Source: Candidatus Bathyarchaeota archaeon
GTDB lineage: Archaea; Thermoproteota; Bathyarchaeia; 40CM-2-53-6
DNA: 63,781 bases
Direction of reading: 5' to 3'
NCBI GenBank assembly: GCA_005882895.1
Contig: VBBD01000018.1
Coordinates: 1 to 63,781 of the forward strand
The notes under the pieces were generated by a model, which was not told where the DNA came from, did no database searches, and saw only the letters and a list, made by a program, of their open reading frames with translations. The stretch's first letter is position 1; every line of letters begins with the position of its first letter. Both the position numbers and the translations under genes were made by a program. Positions 37,174 to 45,191 of this stretch are shown one piece after another.

Positions 37174-37352
37174 TACGAGCTCCGAAGAAGTCGTGACAGG
37201 TAACATCCCAGTATCCCAAGGGGAAGGGGTAGTGGAACAAGGGGTTCAAGTGGAACAATCAGCACCCGACCAAGCGGGATACCAGCAAGGGTACCAGGAC
37301 CAGTACCCGAACAGGCAGGATCAACAGAGACGGCAACAGGCGTAGAAAAAAA

Positions 37353-38063
37353 ATGGCGAATATTAGAAGTGGAATTGGCGCGTTTGACGAGTCGATCGGC
37401 GGCCTCCCGTCAGGCAGCATAATCACGTTTCTCGGCGAAGCGGACACTGGGATGACCACGTGCGCCGAACAGATTCTCTACCAAGGCCTGACGGAAGGAA
37501 GGCCGGCGGTCTATTTCACAACGGGACGCTCGTGGGAGGATGTTGTCGGCGAGATGGCGGTTTTCGGCTGGAACCTTGACAACTATTTTGAGAAGAGAAA
37601 GATGTGGTTCATTGACAGCTTCAGCATGAAGAGAGAAAAGATCTCCGGCGAGGTCTCCTGGGACATCGGCCCAGCCAACCTCCTCGCAAAAGAGTTTCCC
37701 CGGGTCATCACGCCTCTAGGAACCACCACAATCGTAATTGATAGCTTGAGCGATATTATTCGCTCTGCACCATTTCCTGCAGTTGAGCAGACTTTGAAGA
37801 TCTTGCAGAATCACGTGCGTTCTACGGGTGGTTTAGCGTTGTTGCTGGCGTCTAAGGGGATTCACACTGAGCATATCGAGAACACTGTTCAGCACTTGAG
37901 CGATGGTGTTGTGGACTTGTCCACGGAACCTTTCGGGAGTGAGGATTATGCGCGGAAGATGCGAGTATTGAAAATGCCAGGAGCACTGGGAGACATGAAG
38001 GTCTACGCATACCGCGTAGGCCCAGCTGGAATAGAGATGGCAGCACTTCACAGGGTGAGATAA
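37353..38063 (+). CDS. KaiC-like paralog with a degenerate Walker A (predicted pseudo-ATPase)
   Basis: It is collinear with the preceding gene (IGAFDESIGGLPSGSIITFLG). The P-loop reads GEADTGMTT, with no Lys, and the STEE position reads TTGRS. The Walker-B-like segment TTIVIDSL is kept. Confidence 0.8.
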   Translation: MANIRSGIGAFDESIGGLPSGSIITFLGEADTGMTTCAEQILYQGLTEGRPAVYFTTGRSWEDVVGEMAVFGWNLDNYFEKRKMWFIDSFSMKREKISGEVSWDIGPANLLAKEFPRVITPLGTTTIVIDSLSDIIRSAPFPAVEQTLKILQNHVRSTGGLALLLASKGIHTEHIENTVQHLSDGVVDLSTEPFGSEDYARKMRVLKMPGALGDMKVYAYRVGPAGIEMAALHRVR

Positions 38064-38068
38064 AAACA

Positions 38069-38521
38069 ATGATAATGACCTTACAATTCGAAGATGTAAT
38101 CGGCCTTCTAGCGAACCCGACCTTCCTCTGGTCAATCCTTGCCGCAACCTGGGGAGCAATCGGTTACAGGATGATCCGCCGGCGGAGACACGGGCCAAAG
38201 ACCGGTCCCTCGCAAGCATCAGGCGCGGTCAGCTTCAGTCTCACAAAACCAAGGCTTTCTGAAGAGGAAATCTTCAGGATTCTCACAACAACCGAGGTGA
38301 ACATCCAGATCGTGCGGATATGCGAGACCCCAAAGAGTGCAAAAGAGGTCGCGAAGGCGCTAGGCGACGTCTATCCCGGGCACAAGGAAAAAGGATTCCC
38401 TGCGGAGAAGCTCGGCGAGCACCTAGCTAACCTCGAACGACTAGGAGCGGTCAAGTTCAACGGCGAAAAATGGGCCGCGAGCGATGTTGGTGTCAAGATG
38501 GTCCGCAAATACTTCGGCTAA
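38069..38521 (+). CDS. Membrane-anchored winged-helix (wHTH) protein
   Basis: Has an N-terminal TM helix (LLANPTFLWSILAATWGAIGY, then RMIRRRRH). The C-terminus has an ArsR/MarR-like wHTH (IFRILTTTEVNIQIVRICETPKSAKEVAKAL...LERLGAVKF). It starts 5 nt after the previous gene. Confidence 0.65.
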   Translation: MIMTLQFEDVIGLLANPTFLWSILAATWGAIGYRMIRRRRHGPKTGPSQASGAVSFSLTKPRLSEEEIFRILTTTEVNIQIVRICETPKSAKEVAKALGDVYPGHKEKGFPAEKLGEHLANLERLGAVKFNGEKWAASDVGVKMVRKYFG

Positions 38522-38707
38522 CCACTTTGTGAGTCGCCGAGCGCCAGATCTCATTTCGAGAATGAGATTCGCTCATGTAATTGATGGGCTTTGTCCTTTG
38601 GATCCAGTCGTTCGCCATTCTTAGCGGATTGAGTGAACCCCATGATCACCCGAACTGAATCCTTGACCACGGGGACTGCTCTAACTCCTGCAACCTCCGA
38701 GAGTTGT

Positions 38708-39172
38708 CTATTTCCGTAAGCCTACAGACTGACCCAAGAGGAGCTTGTCGGCCTTCGCGAGAACCCCTTCGAGTTCTTGTTTCTCTTCAGCAGTCAACTT
38801 ATCCCCGGCCAACTTCAGCAAAACCCGTGCTGTCAGTATCGAGAGAGGAACGGTTACCTCTCGTTCCTTACCTGGAACTATCTTGTATACGTAGGGATTC
38901 GCCTCAGTCGAAACCGAAGCGTCAGCGGCGAATGCTGCGGTACGGCGCATGTGGAATAAACCGATTATAACGCTGATCGGGGAAGCGATCACGATCGCAA
39001 CAGCGGTGAACTCTGTCAAGTGTGGAAAGACTGACACCAATGAGGTGTCGGCTATGGCGAGCTTGTAAATCACGATAATGTTGCTCACAAAGCCGATGAG
39101 GAAAGCTATGTAGGTGCCGTAGCCGACTCTCAGATAGAACCAGCTTCTAAAGATTATACGTTCAAAGTTCAT
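38708..39172 (-). CDS. Membrane protein (3 TM helices) with a helical C-terminal tail
   Basis: 154 aa, with hydrophobic helices followed by LTAEEKQELEGVLAKADKLLLG. Confidence 0.55.
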   Translation of the reverse strand: MNFERIIFRSWFYLRVGYGTYIAFLIGFVSNIIVIYKLAIADTSLVSVFPHLTEFTAVAIVIASPISVIIGLFHMRRTAAFAADASVSTEANPYVYKIVPGKEREVTVPLSILTARVLLKLAGDKLTAEEKQELEGVLAKADKLLLGQSVGLRK

Positions 39173-39285
39173 GGGATTAACGCACCCCTTCTCCTCCTAT
39201 AATTCTTTCAGATTTAGCCCGAATGAGAGGTCCCGGAAGCATCTAGAAAAAGTCAATACCATGTGTTTGGTACAATGGGGCTGAA

Positions 39286-39480
39286 ATGGAACCTAGACGA
39301 CCGTTTGACCCTCTGCATCCGGCGCCGATTGAGCCACTTCCCTCCCCCATGCGGCCCTCAGGTCAGTACGTCCGGAGAAACGAGGAGACCATCCGAGTCC
39401 TCAAGGAATTGCTAGACCGACTCACTGGGATTGAAAACAGACTCAAGACCATAGAGGAACATTTGAAGACCCGACGGTAG
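39286..39480 (+). CDS. Small coiled-coil protein (64 aa)
   Basis: Pro-rich N-terminus followed by a heptad-like helix, ETIRVLKELLDRLTGIENRLKTIEEHLK. Confidence 0.4.
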   Translation: MEPRRPFDPLHPAPIEPLPSPMRPSGQYVRRNEETIRVLKELLDRLTGIENRLKTIEEHLKTRR

Positions 39481-39493
39481 CACCCGCGTAGCC

Positions 39494-39838
39494 TCAACCG
39501 AGCCCAGATTCTCTGTACTTGAGTTCTGACTTCGCAGCCACTATGAAGTCATTTTCGCTCAACCCTTTGACAGAATGAGTGGACAGGGTTAGCTTCACTC
39601 GTCTCCACTTGATCACAATGTCGGGGTGGTGGTCCTGTTCCTCAGCGATCTTCCCTATCTCGTTTGCGAAGGCTAGACCATCTAGGTAGGACGTGAAACG
39701 GAACTCTTTCTCAATAGACCCGTCTACCAGATTCCATCCTGGAAGACTCCTCATATACTGTCCGACTTCCTCGCGCGTCATGGGAGAACCTTTGCGTTCT
39801 ATGCTAGACTTCGCCGCGAGCTGTTCGAGGGTCGACAT
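39494..39838 (-). CDS. Pterin-4-alpha-carbinolamine dehydratase (PCD/DCoH family)
   Basis: Contains LPGWNLVDGSIEKEFRF..FANEIGKIAEEQDHHPDIVIKWRRVKLTLSTHS. I placed the start at the internal ATG (MSTLEQ). Confidence 0.85.
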   Translation of the reverse strand: MSTLEQLAAKSSIERKGSPMTREEVGQYMRSLPGWNLVDGSIEKEFRFTSYLDGLAFANEIGKIAEEQDHHPDIVIKWRRVKLTLSTHSVKGLSENDFIVAAKSELKYRESGLG

Positions 39839-39954
39839 GAATCTCGTAAATGCGATCTCCACTGGTAATAATAATCTTCCAACCGTTGGCGAACAAGTCC
39901 TTCGTGAGTTCATCCCTTTCTTACTCGACTTCTGCTCTTAGGCCGTGTCCGATG

Positions 39955-41208
39955 TCAGGAGTCTACGAATTCTGGCTGCGGGAACGGGACAACGAATCTT
40001 CCTCCCTTATCAAGAAACTCTCTTTCTTTGGCGAGAATCTCCTGCCTGAAATTCCAGGCGAGGAGAAGATAATAATCGGGAGGCTTTGTTCGAGCCAACT
40101 CGGGACTCACCACCGGTATCTTGACGCCGGGGATAAGTTTCCCCTGTTTCAGGGGGGTCGTGTCGCTCGCATAATCAAGGATATCTCGACCTATGCCGCA
40201 GTAATTCAAAAGAATGGTGGCCTTGGCGGGAGCGCCATAACCAGCTATCCTCTTTCCCTCCTTCTTTAAGCTCAGAAGCATATCCCTAAGATGATGAGCC
40301 AACTTCGGAACCCGTTCCGAGAAATCTCTTAGCGCCCAGAAATCAGCTTCCTTCTCCTCACGAGCGGACATTTCTTTCACAAGGTGTGATGGTTCTTCAA
40401 AAGATGGAGAAGCAAACCCCCTGAAAGTTCCTCCATGAATCGATGGATAGTACTCTAGATCCACGAGGAACAGCCCCTCTTCTCGTAGAGCCCTCGTGAG
40501 AGGCTTGAGTCCAAAATAACTCAAATGCTCATGGTATATCATATCGAACGAATTATTCCGGAGAACATCCGCCACCCAGGGCAATTCGAAGACGAATAGC
40601 CCGTTAGGCCTCAAGACGTGCGCAACAGTAGCCAGGAAGTCTCTGAGACTTCCAACATGAGAGAGAATGTTGTTCGCAGTGACAAGCCGAACCTTCTCCA
40701 GCCTTTTAGCCAGCTTGAGATCGAAGTAGTTAGTGAGGGTAGGTACTCCTGCCGCCTCAGCAATCGACGCAACATTCCGAGCTGGCTCTATCCCTAGAAC
40801 TCTTGCCCCTCGTCTCTGAAAGGCCTTCAGAAGGGTTCCGTCGTTGCTCCCGACATCAAGAACACGGTCCTTAGCAGTCAAATCGAGACGTCGGGTAATT
40901 CCCTCCGCGTATCGATCAAAATGTTCCATCATTGTCTTGGAAGCAGATGTAAGGTAGACGTAGTCTGTGAACATCTCAGTTCTCGGAACCAGGTCGGCCA
41001 GTTGTATGAGGGCGCAGTTATGACAATAATAGACTACGAGTGGGTAGGGAGCATTCGAAGTCGAGGTGACACTAAGGAGTCGATTTGCCAAGGGAAGATT
41101 GCCCAAGTCAACCATGGGAACCATTGCTCGATGTCTAGGCGACCAGGGCGAACCCCCCAGAGGGAAGTCCGATAAACCGCACCCTCTGCAAGGAAGCCAC
41201 GAACTCAT
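39955..41208 (-). CDS. NDP-sugar C-methyltransferase-like SAM-dependent methyltransferase (Zn-ribbon, class I MT and C-terminal C-MT domains)
   Basis: Contains MSSWLPCRGCGL...LGNLPLANRLL...YYCHNCALIQL...VLDVGSNDGTLLKAFQRRGARVLGIEPA, and the C-terminal domain has GYGAPAKATILLNY. The ORF track extends to 41340. Confidence 0.8.
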   Translation of the reverse strand: MSSWLPCRGCGLSDFPLGGSPWSPRHRAMVPMVDLGNLPLANRLLSVTSTSNAPYPLVVYYCHNCALIQLADLVPRTEMFTDYVYLTSASKTMMEHFDRYAEGITRRLDLTAKDRVLDVGSNDGTLLKAFQRRGARVLGIEPARNVASIAEAAGVPTLTNYFDLKLAKRLEKVRLVTANNILSHVGSLRDFLATVAHVLRPNGLFVFELPWVADVLRNNSFDMIYHEHLSYFGLKPLTRALREEGLFLVDLEYYPSIHGGTFRGFASPSFEEPSHLVKEMSAREEKEADFWALRDFSERVPKLAHHLRDMLLSLKKEGKRIAGYGAPAKATILLNYCGIGRDILDYASDTTPLKQGKLIPGVKIPVVSPELARTKPPDYYLLLAWNFRQEILAKEREFLDKGGRFVVPFPQPEFVDS

Positions 41209-41423
41209 CGCATGCTTCGCCTCACGGAATTGGGCTCCGCGGAGTTCGATTTCAACCATTTCCCATCGAATGCTGCTTCTTCTAACCGGCATTACATGTT
41301 CTCTCATTTTGGCCCTACAAACCGGGGGTTGGCTAGACACATGGGTTCAGTTGATTGGAAAGTCGGAGGGAGGCTCCCAGCCCAAGCAAAGGAGTAATAT
41401 CTTCTTGTTTCGTTTTTCGGGCC

Positions 41424-42497
41424 GTGAAAGGAATCGTGCTCCACGGAGGAGCTGGAACAAGGCTACGCCCGCTAACTCACACGGGCCCCAAACAGTTGAT
41501 TCCAATCGCTAACAAGCCGGTATCTCAGTACGGTGTAGAGGATATGATAGCTTGCGGAATTAGAGAAATTGCTTTCGTTCTTGGAGATGTACATCCCGAG
41601 AAAGTAAAGGAGTACTACGGCGATGGATCAAGATTTGAGGCGAAATTTGCCTTCGTCACCCAAGGAGAGCCATTGGGAATAGCTCATGCCGTCAGCCTTT
41701 GCGAGGATTTCATTGGCGATTCCGCTTTCATTGTTTACCTTGGCGACAACCTCATCAAGGGAGGGGTGAAAAAATACGTCGATGAGTTTCTGGCTTCTGG
41801 TCTTGACGCTATGATCTTGTTGACTGCTGTGCGAAACCCATCCCAATTTGGAGTGGCTCGCGTTGCCGAAGATGGCCGACTATTAGAACTGCAGGAAAAA
41901 CCGAAAAATCCGCCCTCAAATCTGGCATTAACCGGAATATACCTATTCAGGCCGGCTATATTTGATGCGATAAGGAGACTCCAACCCTCGTGGCGAAATG
42001 AGCTAGAAATTACCGATGCTATACAAACTCTTCTGGAGTCGGGCAACAAGGTCGACTACCGGAAGGTAGATGGGTGGTGGAAGGATACCGGGACGCCCGA
42101 AGACATACTAGACTCTAACAGGCTGGTGCTAGACGGGATCACGCCCAAGATAGAGGGTACGCTCGAGGAGATTGGATCAATACAGGGAAGAGTAGCGTTG
42201 GGTCGTGGATCACGAATCTCCAAAGGAGCCGTCGTCAGGGGACCTTGCATCATCGGGAGTGACACGACGATAGGATCCGGGGTCTACATAGGACCCTATA
42301 CTAGCATAGGCAATCACGTCTCGTTTTCGCGGGGGGAAATAGAAGATTCCATTGTTATGGATAATTGTCGAATTGAGATTGGTAATAGAATCACATCGAG
42401 TATAATAGGGCAGCATAGTTCGATCATCACGGGGAAAGCAACCTCCACAGGGCGTCTTAGTCTGACTGTGGGCGAGAATTGCGTGATAAGACTTTGA
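41424..42497 (+). CDS. rmlA: Glucose-1-phosphate thymidylyltransferase (long archaeal form with a left-handed beta-helix C-terminus)
   Basis: A GTG start gives VKGIVLHGGAGTRLRPLTHTGPKQLIPIANKP. The C-terminus has hexapeptide repeats. Confidence 0.85.
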   Translation: MKGIVLHGGAGTRLRPLTHTGPKQLIPIANKPVSQYGVEDMIACGIREIAFVLGDVHPEKVKEYYGDGSRFEAKFAFVTQGEPLGIAHAVSLCEDFIGDSAFIVYLGDNLIKGGVKKYVDEFLASGLDAMILLTAVRNPSQFGVARVAEDGRLLELQEKPKNPPSNLALTGIYLFRPAIFDAIRRLQPSWRNELEITDAIQTLLESGNKVDYRKVDGWWKDTGTPEDILDSNRLVLDGITPKIEGTLEEIGSIQGRVALGRGSRISKGAVVRGPCIIGSDTTIGSGVYIGPYTSIGNHVSFSRGEIEDSIVMDNCRIEIGNRITSSIIGQHSSIITGKATSTGRLSLTVGENCVIRL

Positions 42498-42512
42498 GAT
42501 AAGGGGCGAAAC

Positions 42513-43511
42513 TTGGAGAAAGTAGTCGTAACAGGTGGACTAGGGTTCATTGGAAGCAACTTCATCCATCAAATTATCCAGAGCAGCGACCATACCAGGG
42601 TAACAAATCTTGACTACGGAAAAAGCGGTAACGCCGCGAACCTGAGAGACCTTCGCAGGCATCCGAGGTATAGACTGGTCAAAGGTGACTTATCGAACCC
42701 GAGAACCTGTCAAGAAGTGTCTAAGAATGCAGACTATATCGTGAATTTTGCCGCCGAGACTCATGTCGACAGAAGCATCGCCAACCCGGGGCCGTTTCTG
42801 AGCAGCAATCTCGTGGGTTTCTACAACATATTGGAAGCCTGTCGAAAGTCGGACTTGCAGAAGCTTGTACACGTATCCACGGATGAGGTGTATGGCTCGA
42901 TCGACTCAGGGTCCTTCTCAGAACAAAGTCCTCTGAGTCCCTCGAGCCCTTATTCAGCCACGAAGGCAGCGGCGGATATGCTTGCTCGAGCTTGGCATGA
43001 GACCTACAAAGTGCCAGTCGTGATCGTCCGTTGCACGAACAACTTCGGGCCCTACCAACATCCCGAGAAATTCATCCCGAAGGCTATACTTCGCAGCCTC
43101 AAAAAGATGAAGATCCCTCTGTATGGTGGTGGGGGACAGATTCGAGACTGGACATATGTGGAAGATTTTTGCGATGGTATCAGCAAGGTCTTGGAAAAAG
43201 GTGCCTCCGGCGAAATCTACAACTTTTCGTCTGGAAACGAGTTTACGAACCGCCAGGTCGCAGAAAGAATCATTCGTCATTTGGGGGTAACAGAAACGGC
43301 GGTCGTCGATGTCGACGATAGGCCTGGCCACGATTTCAGGTACAGCATATCATCAGTGAAGACTCGCCAACAGTTGGGATGGCAACCGCGTCATTCGTTC
43401 GATCAGGCCTTGGGACGAACAGTAGACTGGTACGTCAACAATTCTTCATGGTGGAAGCCCCTAGCATCAGCAAAGGTCTTGTCCGCGACTCCTTGGAAAC
43501 AGGGCGATTAA
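42513..43511 (+). CDS. rmlB: dTDP-glucose 4,6-dehydratase
   Basis: Contains VTGGLGFIGSNF, AAETHVDRS, VSTDEVYG and YSATKAAADML. Confidence 0.9.
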   Translation: MEKVVVTGGLGFIGSNFIHQIIQSSDHTRVTNLDYGKSGNAANLRDLRRHPRYRLVKGDLSNPRTCQEVSKNADYIVNFAAETHVDRSIANPGPFLSSNLVGFYNILEACRKSDLQKLVHVSTDEVYGSIDSGSFSEQSPLSPSSPYSATKAAADMLARAWHETYKVPVVIVRCTNNFGPYQHPEKFIPKAILRSLKKMKIPLYGGGGQIRDWTYVEDFCDGISKVLEKGASGEIYNFSSGNEFTNRQVAERIIRHLGVTETAVVDVDDRPGHDFRYSISSVKTRQQLGWQPRHSFDQALGRTVDWYVNNSSWWKPLASAKVLSATPWKQGD

Positions 43512-43554
43512 GACAACGAAAGTTCTGATCACTGGTGCTAGCGGACTCCTTGGG

Positions 43555-44412
43555 GTGAAACTCGTTCAGGTCGCGCGGGGGAGAGGGCACCACGTCTTCG
43601 CAGCATACAAGGAGCACCCGCCCACCTTCGGCACTCCAGTTTCGCTCGATATTACCGACGAGGTTTCGGTACATAAGACCATCTCCCAGATAGAACCCGA
43701 TGTAATTGTCAACAGTGCCGCTCTGACGGACGTAGACAAATGCGAGGTGAACCCCCAACTCGCCAGAGACTTAAACTCGACTTCTGTTGAGTATCTTGCA
43801 GGCTCCGCCAAGGAATCGTCCTGCTTCCTTGTCCAAGTGTCCACCGACTTTGTATTCGACGGCACGACGGGGAATTATTCGGAACATGACCGACCTAATC
43901 CGATAAACCAATACGGTCTTACAAAACTTGCCGGGGAAGAGGCGGCCCAGAACTGCGGGGAAGGTCGGTGGTCCGTTGCTCGGGCGAGTGTAGTGTATGG
44001 CTGGGGACGCCCTGAGAGACCCAACGCGGCAACGTACATTATTGATAGTTTGTCGAAGGGCCGGAAAGTTTTCATCGTAAAAGACCAATATTCAAGTCCA
44101 ACTCTCAACACAAACTTGGCGTTAATGGTTATGGAGATTTCCGAACGACACCTTCCAGGAATAATTCACACCGCAGGCGCGACGCGACGCAGCAGGTACG
44201 ACTTCGCCCTTGGTCTGGCTGATCGCTGGAAGCCACCGCTTGAGAGGAAACTGATTCTTCCCACAGAAGCCGGAAACATACAGTGGACAGCGAAGCGGCC
44301 CTTGGACTCTTCGCTGCAGGTTTCACGGGCAGCATCGCGGCTTGCAAATCGGCCCTTAGAAATTGATGAGGCTTACCGCCAGTTTATTGCAGAAGAACCT
44401 GCAAGAGCCTAA
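43555..44412 (+). CDS. rmlD: dTDP-4-dehydrorhamnose reductase (true N-terminus probably lies upstream of the listed GTG)
   Basis: Contains VSTDFVFDG and YGLTKLAGEEA. The Rossmann motif KVLITGASGLLG is encoded in frame at 43519..43554, upstream of the first ATG/GTG/TTG. Confidence 0.85.
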   Translation: MKLVQVARGRGHHVFAAYKEHPPTFGTPVSLDITDEVSVHKTISQIEPDVIVNSAALTDVDKCEVNPQLARDLNSTSVEYLAGSAKESSCFLVQVSTDFVFDGTTGNYSEHDRPNPINQYGLTKLAGEEAAQNCGEGRWSVARASVVYGWGRPERPNAATYIIDSLSKGRKVFIVKDQYSSPTLNTNLALMVMEISERHLPGIIHTAGATRRSRYDFALGLADRWKPPLERKLILPTEAGNIQWTAKRPLDSSLQVSRAASRLANRPLEIDEAYRQFIAEEPARA

Positions 44413-44441
44413 ATCGATTAGACGAGAATGAAAACCCGAAT

Positions 44442-44978
44442 TTATTTATGGGATGGCTTGTTCCAATCGTAGCTTTGAGAAACTCTTGGGTCTACAATGT
44501 TCGGGTCGTTCCAGGGCCTTCGTTCCTCGTCAGGGTCCTTCGCATTGTAAAGTCGATTCAAGAAGTAGACCGTCAACGAAGGCTCGTTTCCCAGGGTCTT
44601 GGTTCCATGCCAGTATGAACCTGGAACCCGAACGACCTCTAACTTTTCCCCGCTGGTCACGATTTCTGAGAGCTGCCCCCGTGTGGGCGATGCAGGAGAG
44701 TCATCGTAGGCGCATAACTTCAGGGTCCCTTTTAGAACAACAAGGTAGTCGATCTGTCCTCGGCTGTGGCGGTGCCAGGCGCGAATTACACCGGGGTAGC
44801 TGTAAGAAAGGTTGCTTTGAATGACCTTGTCCTCGCCGAGGAGATCTCGCCAATCTTCCCTGAAGATTTCTGCGAAGGACCCGCGCTCATCCACGTTCCT
44901 TCTGAGTTCGTGAACTCTAACGCCGGGAAGCATGGCCGTTGCCACCTTTCGCTCTCTATTAAGATTGGAAGTGATCAA
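44442..44978 (-). CDS. rmlC: dTDP-4-dehydrorhamnose 3,5-epimerase (RmlC cupin)
   Basis: Contains DERGSFAEIFR...QSNLSYSYPGVIRAWHRH...KLEVVRVPGSYWHG. Confidence 0.85.
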   Translation of the reverse strand: MITSNLNRERKVATAMLPGVRVHELRRNVDERGSFAEIFREDWRDLLGEDKVIQSNLSYSYPGVIRAWHRHSRGQIDYLVVLKGTLKLCAYDDSPASPTRGQLSEIVTSGEKLEVVRVPGSYWHGTKTLGNEPSLTVYFLNRLYNAKDPDEERRPWNDPNIVDPRVSQSYDWNKPSHK

Positions 44979-45191
44979 GCCTTAGAAACACGATGGCTCG
45001 ATGCATGAAAGTTTTCGGAGAACATGCAGCCTCGAATCTCGATTTCCAACCTTTCGAAGCAAGATTCCTGAGATTAACTGTCTTGAGACTATGTTAGCAC
45101 CGTGCGGGAAGATTGATTACTTTTATCCATCTCTGCTCATTTTATACGTTCATCAGTATAGTTTGAGAGCTTTCAGGTGTAAGTATTCGTC

